A stretch of 64,000 nucleotides of DNA from Camelus dromedarius (GCF_036321535.1 NC_087437.1:36706001-36770000); one strand, 5' to 3'. Counted from the stretch's first letter, positions 38,791 through 53,896 are shown. Notes: generated by a model from the letters alone, not told the origin. Made by a program: numbers and translations.

Positions 38791-41700
38791 ACAAACTGAT
38801 TATATGTTTAAACACTGACTATATTGTTAATGGGGAATCATAAGAGAATATGAAGTAAAGACAAACTTTTCTAATAATTAGATTTTTTATTGTTAAAGTG
38901 GTATGTTTGTAGAAAAGATACGGTTGTTCACTTACAAAATTGGCGTGATTTTTTTCTTCCAAACCCTAAATAAGCTTGGAATATCATATAATACAATCTC
39001 TCTGAAAGGAATTTTGGCCCATGAATTAAAAGCTTTGTAAGAGGTATAACTTTTGACCTAGAAATTCATCATTTGGAAAAGTAATTATAGATTATCCATA
39101 ATCAGGGTTGCTAGGAAGAGAAAGTCATGAATGTAGATTGCCTAAAGCAAAAGTCACTAATTTCCATGTTGATTATGTGAAGAATCCATCCACACAAACC
39201 TGGGATAGTAAGGATACAAAGTTATACTTCACTGTGCCACTGAAACAGAACTAATTGTGGTGGTACACAGTTCTTAATTGAAACACTGTATAAACTTCTC
39301 AAAGAGAATTTGTTTTAGGGTGAAGACATAACCACACAGCCACTTAGGCTTCATGGAAGACTTCATGACCAGACTCTTAGATCCAGCCTTTGTTCCCATT
39401 GTTAGAAACCGATCAGTATAATTTTAATATATGACCTGTTTAAGTTGCTATCTCTTTTAGCAAATAAGACATAAATTTTCATTTATCACTAAGGTTCCCA
39501 CCAATAACCCGCTTATTGAGCCAAAATATTGCAGTTCATACGTAGCAGAGTTCCCTCTGGTCTTTGACTAACCTGGATACCAGAATAGAATTGATCTTCC
39601 ATAAACCTCTGGGGCTCTGGTGCTTCTTTCCCATTTTGGAGTATTTAATTCAGATTCTTGGTGTCCTAGGATACCATGCTGCCTCTGCATGTTCTGCAGC
39701 ATCTACAAGAGCTGTGAGGAAACAGAAGGGTGATCTCAACTGCTCTCAGAATTAGTATACATCTACCATTATTCTAATTGGGGAGGTTTTTTAACGTGTC
39801 TTATCTCAGGGGCAGCCCATCCCTATTTTAAGCATAATGTTTCTTAGAAAGTTTCCTTAATCCAGCTCACCATGCAGCCTCTCACGCTGTGTGAATTTGC
39901 TTTTTTCATCTGGATTTTTTCATATATAAAAATAAGTTAAATATAAATAAATTCCTCAGTTCTCTCCACTCTTTACTTAAGTGTTAACCTTCCCAGTAAA
40001 GCACTTATGGTGATACTACTAGTGTTCATAAATATCTAAATTTCCTTCTTTTCTTGCCTGAGTGACATGATTGCCTTTAGACATGTCACTCTATTTCTTT
40101 TCACAGTCACCAGCCAAAATTAGTCATATTGTACCCAATCCAGTTATAGTTGGACAGTGATAAACTCATAACCAATATGCCCAATTGCTCATCCCCTCCC
40201 AGCAATAATAAAAGTCTTGTTTTGTTTTGATGGAGCTTGAATTAGGATCCCTGCATCACTGCTTAGGAGGAAGTTACCATAGTGAGCTGCCAGATATACA
40301 GAAGAATTTGCATGAATTAAAAAGACACATTTATATGCTAAGCCAATTAAAACTTGAGCTATTTTTTTTTTTACTGTAACTTAGCCTACCTGACTAGTAT
40401 ACTCTCCGTAAACATACCACTTAAAATTATAACCACTTCTCCAAACATTTTCATATCCTCCAGTCTGTCTTCTTAATTATGTTCAAAGACTTAATATCTA
40501 ACATATCATATAACTTAAATATTATTTTTCAAAATTCTTACTATCACAACTAAAGCCTCATTAAACTGTAGTCACAAGAGGACAGGAATTTTTATCTATT
40601 TTGTTCACTACTGTATGAATAGCACAAAGTAGGTGCTTAATAAATATTTGTAGAAAACTAAATTAATAAAATCTGATCAAATTTAAGATTTAGAAAATCA
40701 AATTTGTGGTTACATCAGGTGTCTAATTTTTGGCTAATTTTCTCCCAGTGTTTATTTTTGAGAAAGAGTAGTTATTATTTGCCTTTGTTCTATGATTTCT
40801 CATAGTTGAGCAAAATCTGATTAATTAAATGGTGCTCATGAATCAAGAAGTAATTTGACTGTTCATTTTGTTATTACTGTTGATATGGATACTATAATTA
40901 TTGCAGTTCAGTCTAGTCATACAAGCTAATTTTAAATTTCCTTTCTTTGGGTTTTATCCAGAACTTATAATCATATGTATTTATTAATTTATTACTGTTT
41001 TCAAATACTTAGTAATATTTGTTATATGATAGTGTGAAAGTAGGTAGAAATTCTATTTTCTTGAAAACATGAAAGTTTTGAGTATAAAGAAATCGATGCA
41101 TTTTGTCACCTCAATGCCCTCCTTTCTCATATGCTTTCTTAAAAATGATCTAATATTCCATTTTTTATTTATCTTTAGGAGAAAAGACATTGTTTATGAG
41201 AACATCTAAACAGATGCATACTTGACATGTGAGTAAAATTTTCCTATGTATAAAATTCACTTCTGTTTGTAAAATTTTGAGAATTTTTATATACACAGTT
41301 CAGTAAATTTTTATGGAAAAAATATCAGGAAGCATAGTATAAAAGGACCTAAATATTTCTAATCATTTACTACACATTTCAAAACAGAAGTTACTTGTCT
41401 GGATAACTGAGAGAATTATTACATGGTTATCAATTTGTCCTGTTATTTTACCTGGGGTTCTCAAAGACATTAAGGATGACTGTCAATAACATTTTATCAG
41501 TAATGTTACATACTTCATAAAAATTGTGTAGAAGTTAATCACTTATTTTATTTTTTGAACAATTTTTACTTTAAAAATCAAAACGTAATGTTTCAGTCAA
41601 TTACTTTCTTACATTATCTTGTTCTGATATTTCTTTTTACCTGCTACTTGTAGCCTCTGTCTCTCTGACTATCTTCATCTTAGGAAAGAGAATTCAATTA

Positions 41701-42759
41701 CTATTGGACAAGTATGTTACTTCATGAGATCTTCTGAATAGATAACTAGATAGATAGAGATATGGATATGAATATATAGATAGATAAATGCACACATACA
41801 AGCAATATAATAAATTCTATAATTTAATAATACATACTACGTAATATGTAATTATGATATAAAATATATTGTATATTGATATATGATTTAAATATAACAG
41901 CATTTTAAGATTAAAAGCAAATGTAATAGGTATTTTAGCTCATGATTATATGACATCAATTTAAAAATAGCTTTTATATTTGATTGTCCAAAATTAGCTC
42001 TTACCTCTCTCAATAAAGTGAAAAGTGCATAAATATGTTTTTTTAATTGTACATAGGTTAGTACACAATTAATACTGGATAATTTTCCTCCAATGTTATA
42101 TGTTCTTAATAAGTAAAGACTAGGCTTATATAATATTAATGTAATGGAGTTGTGTTGCATATGCTCAGTTCTATTCACTTTAAATAAAAATTACAAAACT
42201 TAGAATAAGTAATTAGCTGTAAAATATAATTGGGGATGTTGATAGATATGGAATACAATAATTTGATATTTTAAAGAGGTGCTTCATCACTAGGCAAATA
42301 ACATTTAAAAATTTTTTAAATGAGATAAAATATTTTCTACATCCTCTCTTGATTTACTTTAACCAAGAAAAGCCAGTTGAGATTTCTGAAGCATAGCACC
42401 ACCTTACTCACTCATCCATGGAGTGGATTTTATATTATTTAGACTATAAAGTTTTTCTTCATGATTTCAGTCACCTTTTCTATTGTTAAAACTACCAAAA
42501 GGAAAAAATCTTATTTGTGCCTGTCATGGTGTGGGGGTAGGGTTTAGAATGAAGTGCTTTAATATGATTAGTTTTAAAACTATGTATCACAGAACCTCTC
42601 CTATATTAGGTGATATGTTTAATAGGGAAATTATTTATTTCACTTAATATATTCATCCAAATTAATGTTTATATTAATATTTTCAGGAGCAATAAGACCC
42701 TTTTCTATCTTAAGAATTATTCAGAAAATATATCTTTCTGTAGAATTAGGACTTCAGAA

Positions 42760-44060
42760 TCTCAATGTTCACACAAAAAATAAAAAGAAAATAAATAAAA
42801 GAGTGGAAAATGAAAATAGAATACAGAGACAAATAAACCAAATCATATTTCAAATAAATAGCATAACCACTATGAAATTCATGAGAGAGTACTAGCCCAA
42901 ATGGTTTTTAATCAGCATTTGGATGATATATCCTCAGGCTAAGAAAAAATAACTCTAAAAATATTGAACTCTATAGTTAATAGCTTTATTTTTCACAGAG
43001 ACATAGTTAGAAATTCTGAAACAACTTTTTGGGTATTCAAGGATTTACTGATTATGTAAATATACTGTGGATAATTGGAGCTTGTCTTCTCATTGTGGAG
43101 ATGGAAGTTATAAATATAGAACAGGAGAAAAGGGTGGAATGAGGCTTTGCTGATGGATTGGAGTGGGAGATGTCAGTGTGAGCTCATATGTTTAAGCAGA
43201 AACACATACTGATACATATTCAGATATAGGTGTATACAGGCATAAATATAGATTCATAGAGTTTTAAATATAGCTATATCCATAAATTGATACAGATGTA
43301 TCTTCTATGTACATATATGTGTATGTGTGTATGCACATACATATGTGTGCATATAGATATAGTCAGTCTAAAACAATAATTTTCTAGTGTCCATGAACTC
43401 ATGCTAAAGTGAACAAAGACTCCACGGGGAAAGACCTGATTCCAGGACTAGAAGAGCAAAAGTTCAAGATAAATCTGAAATATCTTGTCTAGAAAGTAAG
43501 AAAGTGCTAAAGGAATGAAAGGAACAAACCAAAAGATGAAGGGGTCAGCTTAAAATGTCTTCCCTTCAAAATGGGGCAGTTGTGCCATGAACAAGACCCA
43601 CTGAATAAATTAGAAATCTCTGAGTCCACCATGATAAAAAGAAATAATGAGAAAAGAAAGCCCTTCCACAAAGTAGAAAGGTAAAAAAGAAATAAGAAAT
43701 TTTCAAAAGAGATCACTATTTCAAAAACATTATAATAACAATTTATTTAAATGAGAATCATCATGAATACTAAAACTCATGGGTGAAAACTTGAAGAGTA
43801 CTATATTTATAGAATATTAAAGTATCTCCCCCAAAGATAATTATGAAATACAAAAGAAACAAATAGTAACTCTCCACTAAAGAAGGCCCCCAGGCCCTTT
43901 CTTGGTCATGTGAATAAAATTAACATCATCATTGCTGGATCATATAAATCCCATGAGTTTCCTGACATGATGCAGTTTTAAAATAGTGTAACATCACTTG
44001 CACATTATTGCTGCCAAAACTGTGTAACTGAAATCTAATCTGGAGGTAATATTAGAAAAT
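42760..44060 (+). mobile_element. Ancient L1 (L1MD/L1MC-like) 3' end
   Basis: Motifs aaatattgaactctatagttaatag; tagttagaaattctgaaacaact; gatgtcagtgtgagctcat; ggggcagttgtgccatgaac; aaatctaatctggagg. Confidence 0.7.
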
Positions 44061-44067
44061 CCAAATA

Positions 44068-44111
<44 letters not shown>
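44068..44111. repeat. Compound (TG)11(TA)11 microsatellite
   Basis: Directly visible. Confidence 0.95.
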
Positions 44112-44756
44112 AAATTTAACTAATTTAAAATGTTATCATTTTAGGACTCTAGATGATGAGTGTGTTAATCTTTTGACTATTCTCAAACATTTTATCCATG
44201 TCTGAAATTATTAGTTTAAAAAACTTATTGTTAGAGAAAAAGAGGACATTTCATACTAAAAAATTTTGACACACATACATACACATATTTTTAAATATTT
44301 TAATCTATTTTTTATGATGGCAGCAATAATCTGTCCCTACCTTCTACATTCTGACCAGAAATTGCAGTCCATCAATTATTTTGAACTCACACCTGTCTTG
44401 TAATAGCTAATTAAATGAAGCCAATAGTAACTATTACCTGCTGCTATTATTATCCTGATTACCAGCCTTTCCCCTAGAGCTACAGGCTTCATGGTATATG
44501 GTCTATTTCATATGTAACATGAGGCAACAATTTTACCCTCAAAATTGCTGTTTACTTCTAATGGATTACCATCATTCCAGTATCAGGCAATTATTTCCAT
44601 ACTGCTAGCCAATAGACGTCAGATAATGCCACATGCTTTAGATTTTGTTTTGTCAGTAACTCATCACTGATAGAATGTGTGCTAGTCTGAATGGGCTAGG
44701 TTAAACAATAGTACAGAGGAGTCCAACATATCCAGTGGTTTGAAAAGCAAAGTTCT

Positions 44757-45350
44757 TCAGGGAAAATGGCCTGAGTTTGCTTTTCTGATGGTGTCTTTCC
44801 CTGGTTTGGGTGTAAGAGTGATGCTAGACTGCTAAAAAGTGTAGAAGAGTTTCTCCTTTTTCTGTTTTTCGGAAGAGCTTAAGACAGATTGTTATTAATT
44901 CTTTGAATGTTTGGTAGAGTTCACCTGTGATGCTATCTGATCTTGAACTTTTCTTTGTTGAGAGGTTCTGATAACTGGTTTAATCTCTTTATTTGTTATT
45001 GGTCAGTTGAGGTTTTCTATTTCTTCTTGATTTAGTATTGGTAAATTATTTTTCTAGGAATTTTTTTCATTATCATTATCCATTGGTTGACATAATAGTT
45101 CATTTATTATTAAAAAATCTTTATAATCTCTTTTTATTTCTGAACCTTTGGCTTTAACATTTTTAATTTCTGATTTTATTTATTTGTCATCTCTTTTTTC
45201 TTAGTATATCAAGGGTTTCTTATTTTATCTTTTCAAAAAACTCACTCTTAGTTTTGTTGATTTGTTTCTTTTCTAATATTTGTTTTCTTCTTCTGCTAAC
45301 TTTGGTCTTTCCTCTTCTTTGTCTAATTCCTTGTGATATAAACTTAAGTG
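44757..45350 (-). mobile_element. Old L1 ORF2 fragment (antisense)
   Basis: tgtttggtagagttcacctgtgatgctatctgatcttgaacttttctttgttgagagg and ctcactcttagttttgttgattt are typical antisense L1 ORF2 text. Confidence 0.8.
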
Positions 45351-47219
45351 AGAGCTTGTGTAAATAAATCCTTACAAATAATAAAAACAACCTTTGAACT
45401 GTCTTTTAGCCATGACCTTTTATTAAATGTATTAATTTTCTCTTTCCCATCAACACTACAAAGTTTGAATGACTGATTTTTCCTTTTTATTAAAATATGA
45501 TCCCAGCTTATACCTTACATTCTCCTGATCATTTGACCACATAATTTTCACCACAGATCTCAAACTGTTAACCTTACCCTGACAATGTACTGAAGGAAAA
45601 TGAGGCTAGAATGTTGAGTTTCTAACCCTCTATTTTAGAAAACACTTTGATAATATGATTGAACTGCCTATAAGTAATATATATTTATCATAGTATTTAA
45701 CTTGTTTTTAATCTCTAGATATAAGGTATAATTTTTCTGTCAGTATCACACATTAGGTATGTAAAGTACTTACAGATTTGAAATTAATTTCACTAAAATA
45801 AGTAGTAGTTTTTCCTTTGGAAAAAAAGAACTAAAATTCATGGAATAATTGAGCAAAAAATATAAGCAGGAAAAGTCATTTATTTTATCTTTTTATAACC
45901 TGTAATTAAGTGATATGAATTCTGGATAATCAATTGATTGGGAGAATATTAGTATCATCATGCCTTGGCTTTTCCTCCTTCTATATGAATAATTAATGCT
46001 CTTGAAGCAAAAGAATGTCACTGCAATGATGATTTCAAATATTCTCTTATTGTTAAGATCTCTAGTATAGCATGAAAATGAACAAAGCATGTAACTGTAT
46101 CTGAATCTTTTCTTTTACTCTTTTATTTCTTACATTGCATTTAAGTAATTAAATTTTCAAGTAAAAGAGAAATAGCATGCATTTCTCATATCATTCACAT
46201 ACAAATTGTAGATTTTCCTCTGAAATTAAGCTATTCGGTATAATATTTCTCAAATATTGGCAGTTGTTATTCTTTTAAAATGTATATTGACACATATATT
46301 TAGGGTTTTCACCTTTTACTTTTGACATAATTTGGCTGTGTTTTGCTTAATTCAATATAGGTTAGGCAGCTTAAAATAATTTTGTGTGAGTAATCAGCTA
46401 AGTTATTAAAATCATTGAGCAAATAAAACAAAGTTTAGGTTCATTCAGAAACTATGGTCTCTGACCCTACATGAAAATATATTCTCCTGTGCACAATGGT
46501 AAGTGACAGTAGAATGTGTACATATTTTCAAAATTCATGATGATTTTTGGAAAAATAATTCCAGATCCATTTTAATGAAAATGAGCAAATATATTATTTC
46601 TAAGGACTAAGAGCAATTTAATCATGACCAGTGTGGCACTCTGTATGTTGTTATAATATATAATGACAATTAATTGAAGATTTTTTTCCCCTTCAGTATT
46701 CTGTTTTCCTCATTGCAAGAAGATAGCGGGTCATTTTCTGCCACCTTTTTTTTTTTTTTTTTTTTTGGTAGAGAGCTGTGCATTTAGGACAAATGTGGAA
46801 GTTTTTATTGTATTCCTAAAGATCACCATAGGAAATCTTATTGAAGAGATTAAGTTCAGAGCATTTCAGGGGGTTGGAGGAGAATTTGAGGTGTAACAAG
46901 AGACCAAACTATCTAAAGACAGAAAGTGATGGTTGAATGTATAAGAGATGGAAAGAACAGTTGCAAGACTCATTGGAAGAATCCCAATAAATTTTAAAAA
47001 TTGCCTAGTGAAGGGGCTACATGAAACACTATGGGAGACTGGATTTTGTGTACTTGCCTCTGGGCCTTGACACACATTTCCTTTCCAATTTGCCAGACAT
47101 GGGAGCAACAGAACCGAAAGATGTCAAGAGTCTCTGGGCTTCTGGAACATACATCTAAGTATCAGGCATGTAGTATTTGAGTCAGAAGCCCTCCATTTCA
47201 TTTCAAAAAAAAAAAAAAA

Positions 47220-47660
47220 ATGCTGATTACCTACCATGTGTTACAGCAGTAAGAAAAATGGACACGATGACTGCTGATGTCCTAAAGGGCTGGAGACAGA
47301 CAATAAACCAATCAGTAGTAGTGTATTAGAAGAGAAGTCCAGTGAAGAAAAAAGTTAAGAGTAAAGAGTGTTAGGGAAGATGGGTGTGGGGAATCAGTAG
47401 TTCAGCAGATTGATAAGAGAAAACTTCTCTAAGGGAACATGTGAGCAAAGACTTGAAAGAGGTGAACTAGGCAGTCACGTGGCTATCTCTAGGACCAGAT
47501 GTTTCTAGGTAAAGAGAACCTCAAGTGCCAAGTCACTTCAGCAGGGACTTCCCTGGTAGATTTGAGGACTATATCCGAGGCCTTAGGACCTGAGCCAGCA
47601 AGGAGGGAGTGATAAAAGGTAAGGCTGCACAGGTAATAGAGTGTCGATTTGTCCCTAGAC
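47220..47660 (-). mobile_element. L2 relic
   Basis: tgattacctaccatgtg...gagacagacaataaacca...gagcaaagacttgaaagaggtga...tgtttctaggtaaagagaac, the antisense L2 3' region. Confidence 0.7.
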
Positions 47661-50387
47661 TTGTAGCTTTTCCAACTGTTTCCACTGCAAACCTTAGGAT
47701 GAGTGATGCCTGCAATGACTGAGATTGAATTTCAAATTAGTTTAGAAGAAAAGATCCTTGGAATCTTGTTGAATTTAATTTGGACGTCTAAGTTGTGGAA
47801 ACTAAGAAGGGGATATCTTAACATGTAAAAATTTCAGTTTTTTAAACTTTATGTATGTTCTATTTGATTTCAACTCTCCCTTCTGTTTTTGTAACTCATT
47901 TATGTTGATATATGTAACTATATAATGTATTTATTTTCATTGCTCCCTAGGATTCCATTTTCTGAATGTACAACAGCTTACCTATACCCCTTTTGAGGGC
48001 ATTTACATTATTTCCAGTTTTTCTCCAATATCAATCATGTTGATATGGACATTTTTTGCATTTTTTATAATCTCCTTATTCACATGTGCAAGAGTTTCTC
48101 CAAGATATATATTTATCTAAGTGTGTGATTTTTTGATCAAAGAAGCATGTGTATTTAAATCTTAATAAATCAAGTCATGTATTTCTTTACATATTCATTA
48201 CACCAATATTCTATATAATTCACACTCAAGGATAGACTCATTTTTCTGAGTCTGTGTTTCTAACAGGTTCAAGATTACAATTGGAGCAGGAGAGATTTAC
48301 AGTTTCCTCAACCATCCTGTGCATAGTTGAAACATTATAATTCCTGGCCCTTGCCCACTAAATGCCTAACAGCTCATTAATAAGTCATCTTAAAAACCAA
48401 GATAACACTCTCTCATATCTCTACACTTTTGGCAATAATTTTTTTTTTAAGTATCTTACTTTTTTGAGATCACAGATGCCTACTTAATGAATGTACATTT
48501 TATTTTGTCTGAAATTTTTTTGGTGTTTGTATTAGTGTGATCCATCCCCCTTCATCCCCCTAAATTCTGATTTGTTCCATAATGTATAGGGAACACACCA
48601 TTTTACTATATTTTGAAGTATTTCCCAGATGACTCTAAATATAGTGCTCCTCTGAAGAACGCCTGGTTTATCAATTTACCTATCTCTTCTGCTGCCTATT
48701 TAGCAGATCTTGTGTTGTCATTGGATTTTATCAGTTCTCTTTTCTCCATTTTTAAATTACTTGTGTTCAAGTTCATTTATTTTATCAGACCACTAGTACA
48801 TATGCAACATCAAATTTTAGTCAAATGTCACTCCTTTAATAGATTTAATTATTTAGTATTATTTTTATAGAAAGAAAATTCCTTTTATCTTTGTATTATA
48901 TTTCTAGTATTAATACTTAATTTTACATCTCAAATAAAATCCAAAGTATTTTGCCAGTTAATGTTATTTTCCTTAAAGAGTTAGATCAGAAAAAAATGGA
49001 GTAAATCTACATCCAGTTTTTTCAGGATGGTAGATGAGTCTAATTGATCTAACATAGCTTTCTGAAATTTGTGATATATGAAGGAAATGATATTTTGAAA
49101 GCTGTTTAAATGACTATTCAAGACTAAAACTGACTTTGAGAATTTTGTGATAATTGTCTATCAGGATGGAAAATTTTACATATGTAGTATTTCGTGGAAG
49201 TCTTAAAATCTGGAAAGTTTAAATTTAGTTAACAAAGAAAATATTAAATTCAATGTACCAGAGATGGTGATCTGAGAAAAAAGAGGACAGGATCAGGGAA
49301 CAGACTAATCTGAAGAACTTAGTTAAATCACATTATAGGACCAATAAACGGAATAAATCATATTTAAAAGAAGTTAGAGTTGAGATCCTTAAACTTTTAA
49401 ACTTGCTTTGCTTCTAATAAGTATATAAAATTGATTTCAGTGAATAAAGAGAATGTATCTTAATAACACCTTCCAGAAAATCCTTGTCATTATATCCAGA
49501 ATTGTTCCAGTTTTTAATGTCAGTGTAGTGGCAGCAACTGAGATAAATAATCTATTGAGGAAATTTCAATGAATATTTACATGCAAGTATTAGGTAGTCT
49601 GCATGGACTTCTGTTTTTAGATATTCACTAAAGTTTCTAAGTTACACTTAGTTACTGTAGTCAATAGATTATAGTGGGAGCTATGTACTGAACAGGATAT
49701 GCATACTTCATGCCATAATTTTCTTCCTTGAGCATTAATCCTGAAGCTTTGTCAGCACATAAATTATAATCCTAACTGGGAAGACTGTAGATGGTTTTGA
49801 GGCTATATGAAAAACAATAGAGCCCACTTTCTTAAGATAAATTAAGACCTAACTGGGTAATCATCAATTATCAGCAAGTAATTATTTAGTAATAAATAGC
49901 AAACATCAGGGTAACAGACACAATCAACAATATCAGTAATGAAATTTCTTTTAAAAAGTCTAGAATTTTATTTTCTCATTTTATTAAAATAGTTTTTTCT
50001 TTTTGACATACATTTATCTGGCCATATGATGACAAGGATTTAGTTATAATTTCCTGTGTATGAAGTCTTTCAAGTATTTTTGAATCTGAAATTTTAAATA
50101 AGAAAATATTGATATCTATGAAGGTAATACATTAATCCTAATTTTATTGCTATTTTTAAAACCAGTTTCATAAAATACATTGTAGGCGCAAATTATCAAA
50201 TAGTTCTTCAAATGTTCTTCACATTTTACCTGAGAGCTGATATAGGAAAACTGTGAAAGAAAGAAACTTATCCTCCAGCAATAATATTATCAGAAGTGGA
50301 AACTAGAAAACTTCCTCAAAAGGATCTGTACAGTTCCATTTTAAAAACCTGTCTTGTTTTGTTTAACAGTAGTATTTATTTTATACT

Positions 50388-50571
50388 TGTATTAGCTTCC
50401 TATTGGCTGCTCTAACAAATTATCATAAGATTAGTGGCTTAAAGTACAACAAATTCATTATCTCACAGTTCTTGAGGTCAGAAGTCTGAGATAAGACTCA
50501 TAGCGCTATGATCAAGATGTTGGCAGGGCTGGTTTCTTCCTAGATGTTCTAATGGAGAGTCTGTTTTCTTG
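50388..50571 (-). mobile_element. MLT1 (MaLR) LTR fragment
   Basis: tgtattagcttcctattggctgctctaacaaattatcataa..tggcttaaa..tctcacagttcttgaggtcagaagtctgagat..caagatgttggcagggctgg. Confidence 0.85.
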
Positions 50572-52356
50572 TTTTACTGTCTACTACAGTATCTGAGGTC
50601 ATTTCAGCATTTTAATGACAATGAGCAATGTGTGTGTAGGGGGTGTGTATGTATGAAGCAGAAGCGGTATTTTATCTCTGCCTTTGACTAACTCTAATAG
50701 TCATTCCATTGAGGTCAATAGGTATCGTTATTTATAATCATAGCAAAAGGCTGATTTTGCTCAAAGAATTAAATGTCTACATAGTCATATGTTGTAAAAG
50801 TGACTGACAATTAAGTAGTACTTTATTCCATATATATGGATTTTTAATGCTTTGTAGGTATTTTTTTTTTTTGTGCACTTTAAGGAGTGAATTTTCTATC
50901 ATGTTATTAGAACAAAGAAAATATTTGGAGACATTGTTCCTTTAATATATTTAGGGACAGATGATTATTTCTAAAGAAGTGTGTCTCTTACTTTCAGAAC
51001 TAGAATTATATTGGTCTGAATTTTTGTTCTCTTTTTCTATTCTGCAAGCTAGATGATCCAGTTCAGGAAAATACTAATGGAATCCAAAGTTGAAATTGAG
51101 CCCTTAATTTTATTTTCCACCAAATCTTTGAAATTACTTAAAATATCCTGTAGCGCAAACTTGGAGAGTGTTGTTAATCTCTGTTCTTTTGGGCTATCCC
51201 AGTTTCTTCTCAAGAAGTGCTTTCAGAAAGATTTGGGAACTGCTAACAAGGTGGATTTCCAAACCTGCCTTACTCAGTCATTGTTTGAATTGTGATTTTT
51301 TAAATGAGGAAAACACACCTTGTTAAGTTTTTCGGGTATATTGTATTTTGTCTTCCAACTACTTTTCAGTTCAACATAAGCCTTCCATGCATGCTTCCAA
51401 ATTTGAGTGCCCATAAAGGAGTGTTATCTTTTATTTTACTACAGAAGGGAATGTGATTTTCTTTTTTTCTTTAATGACTGATTATCTTCATCTTAAATAC
51501 TAATTTTGTTTCAATTGCAATTTGATTAAATTAGTTGGCTATTTAGTTGATGGTGTGTTTTCTTCTTTCATTCAAATTCAAATGTACACTGAATTTGACA
51601 GTAAAAGAGAAATCTCCATACTTTGATGGAGAAAAAGCAACAGCTTGTAACAAGTAAGGCAAAAAAAAACCAAAAAAAAACTGTGTTTTTATGGTTAGAA
51701 GATTCAGTTGCTAACTAATATTGAAATTTCTTTCAAGAATCTGGGCAGTGAAAAGTAGTACAAGAGGGCAGTTATGAAGAAGTGGTAAGGGGCTACAGGG
51801 GAGTAATGTGGGGAAGTTGTGTCTGGTTGTTTGACATTGACTTTAGTTTGCCTTTTTTACACCCTTTGCTTGTTTTGTATTATTTCATTGTAATTTTGGG
51901 TGAGAAAGATACAAATCATGTTTAAATTTGAATTAGTGACAATCCAGATGAATTAACTATTCTTAAATGTATATGTACAAACGAATACATGCCAACATGT
52001 AAGTGCAGAACAGAGCCATTATTATTGTTTATTAATAGAATCAAATGAAAAGTGTATTTAGTGAGTTTCCTAAGGAGATTAGAAGAGATGAGGCAGGACG
52101 ATGCCAGAAGTTCAATCATCTGGATTCCATGTTTCTATTACAACCCTAAAATAAAGGTGTAGCAGTGCATGAAACTGCCCAGGAGAATCATAACCCCATT
52201 GAAGTTGGAAGTCTTTGAAACCTTGTGTGAATGCTAGCTACAGCAAATTTAGAATTCCAGTCAGCCTCCCAGTAGCTAGGGAGATACTTCATCCCCTACA
52301 GAGCCAGCAAATCAACAGGGGGCAACTAATATTTGTAAATGCTGAGTACACAGTAG

Positions 52357-52472
52357 TAGGATAAACAACCATACAAGTTTGCCTAGGACTATTCCAGTTT
52401 TAAGACTGAAAGTCAAGTGTCTCAGGAAACCCCTTCCAGTCTCAGACAAATCAGGGGTGGTTCCTCACTCTA
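52357..52472. mobile_element. MER81-like non-autonomous hAT MITE
   Basis: About 116 bp with degenerate TIRs tagga.../...cactcta. The internal gttttaagactgaaagtc and ggaaacccct match MER81 as recalled, with CpG decay. Confidence 0.75.
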
Positions 52473-52756
52473 ATATATTGCTTGTATATACATATATCTG
52501 TATTTGCATATATATATATATACACACACATATATATATAAATTTTTAATCATTCTGAATCACTGAAATCTCCAATTTATATTCTCTCAAATGTCATAGG
52601 TAATTCCAATACTTAACCCTAGATCCAGGCCTCTGAAACACACTTGTATTGTTGTCACTTTAATCCAAGAGAATAAATAACAAATTTCCTTGGCATTTGA
52701 TTACATACAGAGATATAATATGTATATCTCATAGTGCATCATTGGAGTAAAAACTA

Positions 52757-52760
<4 letters not shown>

Positions 52761-52792
<32 letters not shown>
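52761..52792. repeat. (AC)16 microsatellite
   Basis: Directly visible. Confidence 0.95.
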
Positions 52793-52795
<3 letters not shown>

Positions 52796-53384
52796 ACAGA
52801 GTGAAAGTCTAGAAGGGGCTTTATTAGCAAGACTTTGTGTTATGACCAAGAACACTAATTCTGAGAATAAAACATTTTTTCCAAGCATTTTCCTTGTGTG
52901 GCAGCCTCATCCTGATTCATACTGCTATCATGGCAGCGGAAGGTGACCTGAAGGCACATTTGTGATGCATTGGCTGTGCTAATTTGGAACTTCTTTGCCT
53001 GATATACAGTAATGATATATAGTTACAGCGACTTGGAGTTCTTGAGAGATCCCACTGTAGAAAAATGGATATCATTTGAATTTTGGATGCACCCATCCAA
53101 TTTCTCTATTGTTCATTAAACAGCACTGGTGATGAGTTATGGGGAAAAATCTATAAATATTAATGTATTATGTCATTATAAGTAGTAGTTTCCAGCTTAT
53201 TATTCTCAAATATTTTCTAGAACTGGGATTCTAGTAAAGTTAAAATATTGTTCAACTGTAAGAGAATATTGGAAAAATAGATCAAGCCAAATGATTACCA
53301 CCAGTGACAACAAAGTTTGCTTTACAATTAATTCCACATTTTTAGCTCTTATTTCAATTAACTCCTTGCTGAATGTAGATCATA

Positions 53385-53575
53385 GTATAGTAAAAATACT
53401 GTGACTTTGGAGTTAGAGAGTCTCAAATTCTAGAACTGACTCTCCAGTTTAATGCTTTGGTTATTTTAGGCAATTATATAATTTCCCTAAGACTCAGTTT
53501 CCTTAGTTGTAGAATACAGGCAATATCCTTAGAATTTCCTTGAAGATTAAATGATAATATATATTATACATAAAA
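53385..53575 (+). mobile_element. MIR relic
   Basis: gactttggagttagagagtc...taggcaattatataatttccctaagactcagtttccttagttgtagaat...gaagattaaatgataat. Confidence 0.75.
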
Positions 53576-53896
53576 CATACAGCTTGTGCTCTTACTTTAC
53601 CCTTCAGCTGTGTTTAAAACTCACTGACCGAAAGAGGAGTGAGCCTTCATCATCTGCTTACTCAATATATGTCTCCGGAGTATGTGGAAATAGAAAGGGC
53701 TTCCTCCCTTAACACATGGGGCAAAAGAGAAAGATCATAGATGGAGGAAAGCAGGGTGGCAGAGGTCCTGTTCTGTTAGATGATGGCTGACTGTCCTATG
53801 TGGTCATAAATACCTTTCTGACTCAAAGACACAGATCCTTAGAGCTGGGATAAATAGGATTATATTATTTTGTCAAACATTTTTTCTAATTCTCCT

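Noticed and set aside
46746..46767. Isolated poly(T) run as an orphan retro-tail
   Set aside because: No TSD or element body adjacent; simple mononucleotide run.
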